A model generated the notes under the pieces. That model saw only the letters and a list, made by a program, of their open reading frames with translations. It had not been told where the DNA came from and searched no databases. Shown here piece after piece: positions 38,634 to 51,233 of a stretch of DNA of 64,000 nt. The DNA lies in assembly GCF_963921235.1 (NCBI RefSeq), contig NC_086097.1:221156001-221220000 (forward strand). Direction: 5' to 3'. The number at the start of each line of letters is the position of its first letter. The first letter of the stretch is position 1. This stretch comes from Mobula hypostoma (lineage: Eukaryota). Made by a program: the position numbers and the translations under genes.

Positions 38634-40980
38634 TGTTACGATTTCGTAACGTACCAGCAGCAAGAGATGACAAATTGAGTTGGGTTTTAATATTAAAACT
38701 ACTATATTTATTTACATCTACTTAAAAATATAGAAAATTAAATAAACTACTTTCTTAAACAGAAGTTAACAGTGTTATGCATCTATAGCTCCCTTACAGT
38801 CAAACTTAGAACCCGTTTTTAACAAATCTTACTCAAGCACAGTCTTAAAGTGGCAGTTCAGAGAGTCCCAGTAATTCATGAAATAGGTGAGAGGCGAGAA
38901 TTGCGGATTCACAGTGCAGTGATGAGGCAATCACGATGAATTCCAAAGATTCCATGGCTAGCGAACAAAGAAACGGTTACCGAAGATCCCAGCCGAGGAA
39001 TACTGTTCCGAAGTCCACGAAGAGTGATTTCACGAAGTGACTATCATGAAATCCACACCCATGGATCATACAAAGGACAGACACGTCTCCACAATGCACA
39101 GTGTACCGCTAATTAACCCAATCCTTTGGGTTTGGGTAAGCATTAGACTTTACCCCTCTCGATCGTGAATTATTCCCAGATAGCTCGAAGCCTGCAATCT
39201 TCACTCTCTCTCTCTTTCCTTCGACGCCCTCTCAACAGAATGCCCACATTTCTTTTATACCATCGGCACACGCCATAAGGTAACGCTTACAGAAACGAAA
39301 CTGTGGACTCAAAGTAAAACGAAACTAGGAATACCGGACACCCACAGTAAATGAAACTATGGACTCTCAGGAAAACAAAACTGTGGACACATACCACCTC
39401 CCCATAAGAAGAGAAAATTTTGATCTGTAAGAACAGAATTTTAACCACAATCTACAATATGTGGAACAATACATATACGGTTATCGTACAGCACACTACA
39501 AACTAATACAACATATTGCAGGAGCATATACAAATATTAAATTTCACTCCATTATTAAAATTGCATTGCAAGTTTAACATCTGCGTCGCAGCTTTTGCCT
39601 TTCCAGAAGTTAATCAATTGCGTTATCCTTGCCTTTAAGGTGAGTTATCATAATCGTACCCCAAAGTCAATCTCCATTATTGAATTGGAGTTTCAGTAAC
39701 CATTTTCTAATATATACATAGGGTCTTGTTCAGCAATTCTACATTTTTCAATATTCATACGATATGAATGTTGTTTTATAGCAGGGGTAGGCAACCTACG
39801 GCCCGCGAAGGTATTTTGACTGGCCCGTGAGTAAATATTGAGATACTATGCTTGTCCAGCTCGCGAGCGATTTTTCCTTATTCTGAGTGTTTCACGCGAC
39901 TACATTGATGGACATGCATAGCGTCTTGTTACACTGGTCCCAGGTTCCATTTTGTTCCAAACCAAACACTGGTGTATACGAATGACGGGAAGGCAGACTA
40001 CCCTATTAATATGTATTAGATACTGTCCATGCACGCGCAGGTTTTCAGAAGGGATCGTTCAAATCTGTAAACAGAAACAGCGTCACTCTGTTTTAACAAA
40101 AAACACACGCTAAATATCCAGATATTTACATGTGCTACGATACTGGTTCAATAACTTGCGTTTCGAAATAAAATCAAGGAAAAAAATTCCAATGGCAATG
40201 AATGCAAAACGCAGGAAGGTAGACGCTGAGTGCCAAAAAAGCAGTGAAAATGAAGGAAATACCCGTGCCAGTTACGAAGTCTCAAAACGTATAGCAGAAA
40301 AGATGAAGCCTTTTACAAATGGAGAGTTTGTCAAAGAATGTTTACTGGCAGTGGTGGATATTATCTGTCCTGAAAAGAAATTTTTGTTTGTATCTATCAG
40401 CCTGTCAGCAAGAACGATCACACGGCGAGTTGGAGAAGTGTCAGCAGATGTTAAAAGTTGTTTAAGGGACGCCGGCAACGAATTGCATTCTTTTTTTCAA
40501 TTGCGCTTGATGAGAGTACAGACTTGAGAGACACTGCTCAATGTGCAGTGTTTGTGCAAGGAGTGACCTCAACTTTTCAAATTTTTGAAGAGTTTATTCA
40601 ATTAATTCCTATGAAGGACACGGTTACTGGAGCAGACAGTTTTGAAGCTTTGCTGAAAATGATGTCAGAAATGAAACTTAATGTGTCGAAGCTAATTAGC
40701 ATCACAACTGATGGGGCACCAGCAATGGTGGGACAGAAAAACTAAACTGAGTTCTTTGATTACTAATTGGCATCCTTGGTTAAGCACAAATGATTTTCTA
40801 GCATGTGTTATTCATTAATTTGAGGCAAAACATAACTAGATGTATTTAAATGGATAATTCCCATATTTCCAGTTTTTTATGGCATTTATCTGGCCCGCCG
40901 TCCACTCATTAATACGTGATCCAGCCCACAGAGGCAAAAAGGTTGCCCACCCCTGTTTTATAAGTTTGTTATTACCCACA
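38634..40980 (-). mobile_element. Probable solo LTR interrupted by a hAT element
   Basis: TGTTACG...CCCACA termini with flanks tatac/tctac (4/5 TSD). Minus-strand TATA-like (39252-39260) and AATAAA (~38706). The terminus resembles the LTR at 52341. Confidence 0.55.
39782..40955 (+). mobile_element. Internally deleted hAT transposon (Charlie/SPIN/Buster-like group)
   Basis: 16-bp TIRs caggggtaggcaacct / aggttgcccacccctg (15/16 match) and an 8-bp TSD ttttatag/ttttataa. Transposase remnants KRRKVDAEC, KPFTNGEFVKECL, FSIALDESTD and ITTDGAPAM. Confidence 0.92.
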
Positions 40981-40992
40981 TCTACATCATGT

Positions 40993-42166
40993 TGTCACAA
41001 TGGGGTGCTGGGAACAGACCCAAATGTAGGGCACAGACACTGAAGTACAAGGTACAGGACTTGACTAGAGTAGGGACGTGACAGGATACAGACAAGGAGC
41101 AGGGACAAGAATGCAGACTAGAGCTAGGACCCCGAGCCAGAGACTGGACAAGGACCCAGAACCTGGGTCTTGCCTCGGGCTCAGGTCCCAGAACCAGGCA
41201 TGGACATGACTTGACTGCGGGACTGGAGGCTGGGGTCTTGAGGCTTGAGCTTGGAGAGGGGCTGGGGTCTTGGTCTTGAGGCCTGAGGCTTGGAGACAGG
41301 CTTGGGGTCTTGAGGCTTGAGGCTTGGAGACAGACTTGGGGTCTTGGGTCTTGGGTCTAGGGTACTTCGAGGCTTGGGTATGGACTCTGAGCCAGAGACT
41401 GGGCAAGGACCCAAAACCTGGGACTTGATTCGGGCTCAGACTCTAGAACTAGGCGAGGACAAGGCGAGGCTACAGGACTGGACATGGCTTGGGTGTGGAA
41501 CTCCTGGGTAGGGTGAGACACAAGGAAAGGCACATGGACAGGACACGGATAGGACTGGACTAGGCATGGACTGGACAAGGGCCTTCAGGAGCACGGAGCC
41601 TTGGACTAGAAGAGACAGGAGCACAGAACACAGAGCCAGGACCCCACCTTGGGAACAAGACGTAGGGCTGGGGCTCATATGCAAAACACTGAACATGAAG
41701 AGACGGATCCCAACACAAGGTGGTGGCAAATGGCCGGACCCACCTAGCGAAGGCGTGGACACAGAGACAGATCCCAACCACTAGCTAGTGGCAAACAGCC
41801 ACAGAGAGACAATTCCACACAACGAAAGACAATTCCTATCTTGACCTAACAAGGCTCCGGTCTTGCTCCGGCGGTAAGACTTTAGCGATACAGGCAGGGT
41901 ATACAGGTGGGGTATCCAGGCTAGGTGAGCAGGCAGAGTCAGGTGAGGTATCCAGGCTGTAGGTCAGGCAAGGGGGGGGGAAGACAAGGAGGGGAACAGA
42001 ACAGTTCAGCCGAGCATCCCTGGTTTACTGAGGTATTTATGTCTCAGCCCCAAAACGAGAAACATGTACCCACAACAGAAACTGGGGAAAACCAGAAACC
42101 CCGGAACAAGGAACCATGGACCGGACCGTGAACTGGAATATGGACTTCATGGACCGGACTATGACA
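40993..42166 (-). mobile_element. Solo LTR or non-autonomous LTR element with internal tandem repeats
   Basis: TGTCA...TGACA termini flanked by a perfect 5-bp TSD CATGT (40988-40992 and 42167-42171). Strand is inferred. Confidence 0.8.
41225..41390. repeat. Degenerate minisatellite (cttgagg / cttgggt units)
   Basis: Repeated ggggtcttgaggcttg and gtcttgg units, read directly. Confidence 0.8.
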
Positions 42167-42229
42167 CATGTAAGGCCACTGTGGTTTTTTTGGGGATATC
42201 AGGAAATAAATCTTTAAATTTCATAATTA

Positions 42230-45200
42230 ACTGCTTCATCTGCTGCCACTGCTGTGGCTGTAAATGAGAGTATTTTCCAAAATAGTTGAATTTGTCAATC
42301 TAGCTGAAATACTGTTTGGTTTAAAATAAGCCTTAGATGGATCAGCTAATAAATTTCCAGAGAGCTCACATCCATCTTTGTTTACAACAACTGCCACAGC
42401 TGCAGTTTGTTTTTCACAATAAAGCTTAAGCATATTTACGTGACAAAGCTGCGTTGGCCTTCGTCTGTCTGGTGTTTTGACTACATAGTCCACATCATTA
42501 ACTTTAGCCACAATTTCATAGGGACCATGAAACTTAGCTTGTAGAGCGTTTGTTTGTACAGGAAACAAAACAAGCACTTTATCTCTCGGCTTGAATGACC
42601 TCATTCTGGCTTGTTTATCATACCAAGTTTTCATTCTTTCTTGGGCTGATTTTAAATTTTCCTTTGTTAGGTTGCAAGCCCTTTGCAATTTGTCCTTGAA
42701 CTTCAAAACATAATCTAGCAAATTAACATGCAGGTCATTGTTAACCCACTGTTCCTTTAACAATGCCAAAGGTCCTCAGACCTAGTGACCAAACACAAGT
42801 CCAAAGAGACTAAAGCCTAGGGACTCTTGTACTGACTCCCTTACTGCAAATAAAAGCAAATGAACTCCCTCATCCCAATCCTCATTTTCAATACAGAATG
42901 GTTTTGAGGGTAGAATGGAATCTCTCTAAGACCCCTTGGGATTCTGGATGATACGAAGATGACATAATCTGTTTGGATCCCAGTTTGTAAACTACCTGCT
43001 GGAATAATCCTGACATAAAATTACTCCCTTGATCAGACTGAACTTCTTTAGGCAAACCAAATGAAGTAAAAAAACTTTACGTGAGGCTTCGACACAGTTT
43101 TGGCTTTTATATTTCTGAGAGGTATTTCCTCCGGAAATCTAGATGCTGTACACATGATAGTTAGCTAATACTGATGACCTGCTTTAGTCTTTGGCAATGG
43201 GCCAACACAATCCACAATAACTTTAGAAAAGGGTTCACCAAATGCAGGAATAGGCTGCCGTGGGGCCATTGTGGTGACCTGATTAGGTTTACCCACAACC
43301 TGACAAGTGTGACAAGTACTGCAAAATGTTGCAACATCTTTCCTCAAACTAGGCCAGAAGAATTGTTTTAAAACTTTGTTCACAGTTTTCTTCACACCTA
43401 CATGGCCACCCAAGGGTTTACTATGGGCCAAAGTTAAAATCTCATTGCTATAGGCATTAGGAACTACAACCTGTTGAATAATTGCCCATTCCTCACTTGC
43501 AGGAACATCAGTTGGTCTCTACTTCCTCAGTAACACTCCATATTTGAAATAAAACTCTACCAACACTTCAGTAATCTCCTCACCTGGGAGAGCTTTTTCT
43601 CTTAAAACTTCAATCTCAGGGTCTCTGCTCTGTTCTGCTATAAACTCCTTCCTAGACAGAGATAAATCTTTATTATCAGATTAAATACCTGGATCCTGGT
43701 GAAACAATGAAGGCAGAAAAGTCCCGGACAAGTCATCAAAATCTGATTCCCTATTTGGGCTATCATGAGTAGCAGAATCATGCTGCACCGGACCATCTGC
43801 ATTGGCAAGCTTTTTGACCATAGCTTGAGTTACTGCACATGAGGGATAAATGTTAGGGTCTATCCTTGAATCATCATTGGTTGGCTTAGTTGTCAGCTGC
43901 ACTGCAGGAACAACTTTACCACCTGCTAGGTAATTCCCTAACAACAAAGAAATACCTTCCACCAGTAGACTGGGTCATAGTCCTATTTTAATAAGTCCTG
44001 AAACTAACTCTAACTTCAAAATTACCTTGTACAGAGGTACAGGGACAATGTCGCACCTAATACCTTGAATAAGATTTACCTCACCAATGGCAGTCTCATC
44101 ACCAAACTTTTTTATTTAAATTTAAATTTAAATTTAAATTTAAATTTTATAGGTGCAGGAGTAGGCCATTCGGCCCTTCGAGCCTGCACCGCCATTTATT
44201 ATGATCATGGCTGATCATCCAACTCAGAACCCAGCCTTCCCTCCATACCCCGTGACCCCTGTAGCCACAAGGGCCATATCTAACTTCCTTTTAAACATAG
44301 CTAATGAACTGGCCTCAACAGTTTGCTGTGGCAGAGAATTCCACAGATTCACCACTCTCTGTGTGAAGAAGTTTTTCCTAACCTCGGTCCTAAAAGGCTT
44401 CCCCTCTATCCTCAAACTGTGACCCCTCGTTCTAGACCTCCCCAACATCGGGAACAATCTTCCCGCATCTAGCCTGTCCAATCCCTTTAGGATCTTATAC
44501 GTTTCAATCAGATCCCCCCTCAATCTTCTAAATTCCAACGAGTACAAGCCCAGTTCATCCAGTCTTTCTTCATATGAAAGACCTGCCATCCCAGGAATCA
44601 ATCTGGTGAACCTTCTTTGTACTCCCTCTATGGCAAGGATGTCTTTCCTCAGATTAGGGGACCAAAACTGCACACAATACTCCAGGTGTGGTCTCACCAA
44701 GGCCTTGTACAACTGCAGTAGTACCTCCCTGCTCCTGTACTCGAATCCTCTCGCTATAAATGCCAGCATACCGTTCGCCTTTTTCACCGCCTGCTGTACC
44801 TGCATGCCCACTTTCAATGACTGGTGTATAATGACACCCAGGTCTCGTTGGTGACTGAGAAGCCGCAGAATTTTCACCAGTACCAGGGTTGACTCTTCCT
44901 TTACTGAAACAAACCGATCTGACGTAAAATGAAGGAATTCTTTCCTAACCTGACCAGATGTTTTAGCCTTTGACAGAGCTTCATCAGTATGTTCAGAACC
45001 CCATGGGTTTACAGGTGTTTCAACATTTTGAACACAGGCATCCGGAACTGCATCCTTTTTCTTCTTCTTTTTCAGAAGGAAACAGTTAGTCATAACATGA
45101 CCAGGTTTCCTACAATAATGATAAGTAGGACTAGAGGGCTTCTCTTTTAGTTGTTTCCCTTCATCCTTACCTTTGTCACTAGACACAGATTTGATTTCTG

Positions 45201-46330
45201 GTTTACCCTGACTATCCATGCTACTCCTTCGGAAGGTCTTACTTGGGGTAAACTTAAACTTGTGGGTTAAGGCAAACTCATCTGCTAATTTAGCAGACTC
45301 TTGCAAAGTGGCGGCATCCTTTTCATCTAAATATGCCTTTATATCATTATGGACGCACCTTTTAAATTCTTCTATTAAAATTAACTCTTTCAGTTTCTCA
45401 AAAATACAATCCATATTTTTAGATGTGCACCACCTTTCAAAACACACAGATTTCGCATAAGCGAATTCCACGAGTCTGGTTCACAGATTTCTTCAAATTC
45501 CTAATCCTTTGCCTATAGGCTTCTGGAACCAGTTCATAGGCTTTAAGCACAGCCTGTTTCACAATCTCATACTTAGCTGCATCTTCAATTGATAGGGCAG
45601 AATAAGCCTTTTGAGTCTTACCCTTAAATACACTCAGTGGCAAGAGAGGCCAGCTTCCTTCCGGGCCAATTTAGGCTCCGAGCCACCTTCTCAAAATGCT
45701 GAAAGTATTTATGAACCTCAATTTCATCAAATGGAGGGACCAATTTAACCTCCCAACTGGCAATAAACTTATTACCAGAGTCAAACGCTAGACCCCTTTG
45801 CTGCAACTTCTCTATCTTCTCTAACTCAAACCTCCTTTGTCTTTCTGCTTCCTCCCTCTGTTTTCCTGCTTCTTCAGCTGCAAACCACCTCTATTTTACT
45901 GCTTCCTCAGCCTCAAGCTGTTTTTGTCATAACTCAATCTCGAGCTGTTTTTTGTTTTAACTCAGCCTCGAGCTGTTGCTGTCTTCGCCTATCCTCAGCC
46001 TCCATCTTTAGTTTCTCCAACTTGTACTGGAGCTCAAGATCACTGGGTTTACTTACAGGAAACCTTTCTAACATCCCCCACTTCAAACTTCCTCAAAGAA
46101 ACATAGTGCTTCAGAACCTCTGAATCTGTACCTTTTTCATATCCCGTTTAACCGCAGAAAGTCCCAGCTCCTTAGCAATGGCCAACAAGTCGTCCTTTCT
46201 GGCCTCCCTCAACGCCTTAGGGTCTGGGCCAGAAATGCCCCAATATCCATTGCTGCTGCTTTCCCCACACAAGTCAATCAAAAGCATTGTAGCTATTGAG
46301 ATCAATAATCAATCAATCAATAAGCTCCAA
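42230..46330 (-). mobile_element. Gmr1-like Gypsy retrotransposon fragment (gag-protease-integrase; RT lost)
   Basis: gag (KLVPPFDE..KYFQHFEKVA, VLKAYELVPEAYRQR, LILIEEFKRC, knuckle YCRKPGHVMTNC), protease (VKILR...SLLLGNYLAGGKV), then directly integrase (HSKPLGGHVG...CSTCHTCQ, VDCVGPLPKT, FHGPYEIV). Confidence 0.88.
44110..44850 (-). mobile_element. Young CR1 3' fragment inserted in the Gmr1-like protease
   Basis: Nearly the same peptide as ORF 16523-17158. The tail is (TTTAAA)n at ~44115-44148. Confidence 0.92.
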
Positions 46331-46343
46331 TTTTGTTGGAGAA

Positions 46344-46495
46344 GAGCTCTTCTTACAGTTAGTCCTGACGAAGGGTCTCAGCCTGAAACGTCGACTGTAC
46401 CTCTTCCTAGAGATGCTGCCTGGCCTACTGCATTCACCAGCAACTTTTATGTGTGTTGCTTGAAATTCCAGCATCTGCAGATTTCCTCGTGTTTA
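46344..46495 (+). mobile_element. Short PLE-tail-derived repeat with hammerhead motif
   Basis: Same sequence family as 20930-21050. Confidence 0.8.
46361..46396 (+). ncRNA. Minimal type I hammerhead ribozyme motif
   Basis: AGTC-CTGACGA-agggtctcagcct-GAAAC-GTC-GACT, with stem I AGTC/GACT, an intact core and palindromic ACGT at stem III. Confidence 0.72.
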
Positions 46496-47918
46496 CATCA
46501 CTATGCATTGTTTTGCTGCCAGTTACTGGGAAGTTTACAGACTGCTGGCTCCAACTAATGAGAAAACTGCACAAAATGATAATTTTTCTGCTTTTTTCCC
46601 CTTCTTTCATAATATGTGACATGACATCTAGAGACAGACAGGTGTCAAACCAATGGCAGTGTATAGTTATTTGTTATTCTAGACAAAATATGTAAAATGA
46701 ATTAATAAAGTTAAAATATTTTATAAAATTTTTGTCAACAACTATAAAGGGAAGAAGGTCTGCAGATGCTGGAAAGCCAGGGCAACTCACACAAAATTCT
46801 GGGGGAACTAGCAGGTCAGGCAGCATTTATGGAGAAGACTAAACAGACGACATCTCAGGCTGGTGGGTAACAGCTAGAAATATTGACTATTCATTCCTCT
46901 CTGTAGATGCTTCTTTCAACAACATCTGTTTAGCTGACACTGAAATATTCTAAATTGGAAATAAAGCTCCTTACTTTTTTATGAATTTCACTTTCTTTTC
47001 CTTGTAGAAATTTCAAACTGTCCAGAAAATTGAGATTCATAATTGATATTCTTCTGAATCTATACAGAGGATGTTGGAATTGAACTCTGAACTTCTGATC
47101 TTTAACTTACTACAGGTTCTTATTCTGAGTATCTTAATTTCAATGATTAAAAATTTATCAGGACTATACGCTTACAACAGAATAATTTTGCAGGTTGTGG
47201 TAGCTACTGCAGAGAGAAAAGGGGAAGCCATGTTCTGAATTGGGGTTGGGATGTGTGTGTTGGGGGAAAGCGGGGGACTGTTGGTTGAATTTGGTGATAC
47301 CTGGAATATATTTCCCAAATGCCCCACAGGATTTAACTCCAATGATACTTTAAATATTGCACTATCACCCATTTAAATCATGTAATCTCTCCCACCTTTC
47401 ACCCTTTCACAGACTGTGGAGAATTATTCTAGTTCTTCCAACACCCAGCGTCATTTCTACAGCTACCAAAACAGGGTTAGTCTGTGTAAATAAACTCCAC
47501 AATACATCTTGCCAGTACTGCAAAATGCCAGTTTTCATTCATCCAAGCTAGTAAGTTTTTATATCCTGGATTTTGAAATAATATAATTTGAGCTCAGAGT
47601 GCTTATACAGTCATAATTAAGTTCATCCATATGGTTTCTTTTATGAAAATGGAACATCATTTCAAAACTGAAGATGTAGGACATTCATTCAAAAGTTCTA
47701 TTACTATGCAATAAAAAGGTAGTATCAACTATTCAGTCACCACCTTAAGAATAACATAGACATCATATGTATTTACTGTGAAATAGCATATCCTGTGACT
47801 TATTAAGACCAACACCACAGGAACTTCATAAGGCCATAAGTCCAAGAGATATAAGAGCAGAATCAGGTTATTCAGCCCACTGAATCTGCTCTGCCATTTA
47901 AGCTTCCGATTTTTTTTT

Positions 47919-48090
47919 GTATGAATAAACATTGACGTTTTGAGCTGAGACCCTTCATCAGTCAATACCTCAGCCTGAAACGTCGACTGTTTATTTATTT
48001 CCATAGATGCTGCCCGACTTGCTAAGTTCCTCCAATATTTTGTGTGTGTTGTTCAGGAGTTCCAGCATCTGCAGAATCTCTTGTGTTTAT
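47919..48090 (+). mobile_element. PLE-tail repeat with 5' inversion, inserted in an old CR1 3' end
   Basis: 11-bp TSD gattttttttt (47908-47918 and 48091-48101). Inverted arms at 47924-47949 and 47969-47995. Confidence 0.75.
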
Positions 48091-48237
48091 GATTTTTTTT
48101 TCAATTCCATTTTCCTGCCTTCTACCCATAACTCTAAATCTTCTACAAGTGCAAAACCTATCAACCTAGGTCTTAAACACACCAATGTAGACCTATGGCA
48201 ACAAATTCACCACCATCTGGCTGAAGAAATTCCTTTT

Positions 48238-49490
48238 TAGAAACATGGAAAATATAGAAAACCTACTGCACAATACAGGCCCATCAGCCCACAACGCCGT
48301 GCCGAACATGTACTTACTTTAGAAATTACCTAGGGTTACCCATAGCCCTCTATTTTTCTAAGCTCCATGTACCTATCCAGGAGTCTCTTAAAAGACCCTA
48401 TTGCATCTGCCTCCACCACCGTTGCCGCATTCTCCACTCTCTGCGAAAAAACTTGCCCCTGACATCTCCTCTGTAGCTCCTTCCAACTACCCTAAAACTG
48501 TGCCCTCTCGTGTTAGCCATTTCAGCCCTGGGGAAAAGCCTCTGACTATCCACATGATCAATTCCTCTCATCATCTTATATAACTCTATCAGATCACCTC
48601 TCATCCTCTGACACTCTAAGGAAAAAAGGCCAAGTTCACTCAACCTCTTCTTGTAAGACATGCTCCCCAATCCAGGAAACATCTTTGTAAATCTCCTCTA
48701 CACCCTTTCAATAGTTTCCACATCCTTCCTGTAGTGAGGTGACCAGAACTGAGCACAAGTGGGGTCTGACCAGGGTCTTATATAGCTGCAACATTACCTC
48801 TCAGCTCCTAAGCTCAATCCCACGGTTGGTGAAGGCGAATATACCGTATGCCTTCTTAACCACAGAGTCAACCTGCACGGCAGCTTTGTGTGTCCTATGG
48901 ACTCAGACCCCCAAGATCCCACTGATCCTCCACACTGCCAAGAGTCTTACCATTAATACTATATTCTGCCATCATATTTGACCTACCAAAATGAACCACC
49001 TCACACTTACTTGGCTTGAACTCCATCTGCCACTTCTCAGCCCAGTTTTACATCCTATCAATGTCTCGTTGTAACCGCTGACAGCCCTCCAGACTATCCA
49101 CAACACCCCCAACCTTTGTGTCATCAGTAAATTTACTAACCCATCCCTCACGTCCTCATCCAGGTCATTTATTAAAATCACGAAGAGTATGGGTCCCAGA
49201 ACAGATCCCTGAGGCACCCCACTGGTCACCAACCTCCATGCAGAATATGACCCGTCTACAACCACTCTTTGCCTTCCGTGGGCAAGCCGATTCTGGATCC
49301 ACAAAGCAATGTCCCCTTTGATCCTATGCCTCCTTCCTTTCTCAATAAGCCTTGCATGGGGTACCTTGTCAAATGCCTTGCTAAAATCCACATACACTGC
49401 TCTACCTTCATCAATGTGTTTAGTCACATCCTCAAAAAATTCAATCATGCTTGTAAGGCTCGACCTGTCTTTGACAAAGCCATGCTGACT
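48238..49490 (-). mobile_element. CR1 LINE, 5'-truncated
   Basis: ORFs 48972-49508 ([27 protein letters not shown]) and 48398-48682, with a decayed octamer tail. Confidence 0.9.
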
Positions 49491-49709
49491 TTGAAAGTTC
49501 CAGCACATCCTCTTTTCTTAAGGTCTATATGCTCAAACTTTTAAATGGTTCAACACAGGGTAGATGGGCCGATGGGCCTGTTTCTGTGCTTCTTTTCTAT
49601 GATATTATGACTTTAAAGTTGGTTATCAAAATTGTAGCAATATCAGATTTACTATCGGAATCAGAACCCTTTTTAGTTCACCATCATAATGCTTATGTTC
49701 AGGCAAATA

Positions 49710-50284
49710 CACTCAGTGGCCACTTTATTAGGGAACACCAGTACATCTGCTCATTAATACAAATATCTAATCAGCAAACAGGTGTCAGCAACTCAATGCA
49801 CTAAAGCATGCAGACATGGTCAAGAGGTTCAGTTGTTGTTCAGATCAAGCATTAGAATCGGGAAGAAATGTGATCAAAGTGATTTTGACCAGGGAACGAT
49901 TGTTGCTGCCAGCCAGGTTGATTTAAGTATCTCAAAAACTTCTAATTGCCTTGGATTTTTATGCACATCAGTCTCTAAAGTTCACAGAGATTGGTGCAAA
50001 ACGTAAACAAAAATCCAGCGAGTGACAGTTCTGTGGGTGAAAATGCCTTGTTAGTGAGAGTGTTCAGAGGAGAATGGCAGACTCCTTCAATCCGACAGGA
50101 AGGTGACAGTAACTCAAATAATCATGTGTTACAACAGTGGTGTGCAGAAGAGTATCTCTGAATGCACAACACATTGAATCTCGAAGAGGATGGGCCACAG
50201 CAGCCGGAAACTATGAATATACACTCAGTGGTTACTGTATTAGGTACCCTGATGCGAGGTACCTAATAAAGTGGCTACTGAGAG
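49710..50284 (+). mobile_element. Non-autonomous Tc1 derivative with three TIRs
   Basis: TA|cactcagtggccactttattagg at 49710, HTH remnant GKKCDQSDFDQGTIVAA in ORF 49782-50006, and a terminal TIR pair at 50222-50284 followed by TA. Confidence 0.85.
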
Positions 50285-50935
50285 TATATAGTTTTTAGAA
50301 TTACTCCTGAGCATGCTTCGCCAATCGTTATGGAAGTGGCTGATCATTGACCACTTCACACCCGATCCTTCCTCCCGGCCCACCTCGATTACCTTAGAAC
50401 CATAAAATCTGAGGAACTCAACCTTGAACGAAGTAGGAACACCCCCTGCTTCTGTAGTACAAGAGTTTCAAATACCCAGAACTGTCTAAATGTGAAAGCC
50501 TTTCCCCTCAGCTCACTATAAGTAGCTATTGGAGACTGTGCTCCTTGGTTTTGGACTCACTAGGTAGGAAAATGATGCTTCAGCATTCAGGCAGTTAACC
50601 TTCCTCGAAATACTGGCAACCTGTACTGAAGCCCCACCAATAACAGTTCAGAAGTTACCAATAATTTGGATTTGTGAACTGCAATGCAATGCAAATAACA
50701 TGAGTCCTGTTTGGGGGTTCTGAGGACTCAGACCTCAGTTACAATTCTTGGTCTGCAGTGATCACAAGAATTTTGAGTGGAACGGGCTCGTTTCCTGCTC
50801 TGCTCAGCTGTATTCTGCATACCCGTGGTGCTTAAATAAATATTGGGCCTCTTGCCTGCATGTGCAAGAAGATCAAAGCATGTTTTAACTGTCTGCCCAA
50901 GATACCTGCAAATAGCTTAGAAAGGGGCCAGATTC

Positions 50936-51233
50936 GGGCGCCACTGTAACGTAGTGGTTAGCACGACACTATTACAGCTCAGGGAATTCCGGAGTTCAGG
51001 GTTCAATTCCGGCACCGTTCTATAAGGAGTCTCTGTACGTCCTCCCCGTGGAATGTGTGGATTTTACCCGTGCGCTCCACTTTCCTCCCACAGTTCAAAA
51101 ATGTCCAAAGCTAGGCTAATTAGTCATTCTAAATTGTCCTGTGATTTGTTTAGGGTTAATCGGGTTTGTTGGGGGTTGTTGGCTTGAAGGGCTGGAAGGC
51201 CCATCCCACACTGTATCGTTAAATAAATAAATA
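50936..51233 (+). mobile_element. V-SINE (HE1-like), near full length
   Basis: A box taacgtagtgg, B box ggttcaattcc, V-domain ggagtctctgtacgtcctccccgtg...tttcctcccacag, and a (TAAA)n tail. Confidence 0.85.

Noticed and set aside
41065..41784. Pro/Gln/Ser-rich ORFs
   Set aside because: They are translations of the tandem repeats inside the LTR-like element.
50936..51015. tRNA gene
   Set aside because: The A and B boxes run into a V-SINE body and tail, and I cannot fold a cloverleaf.
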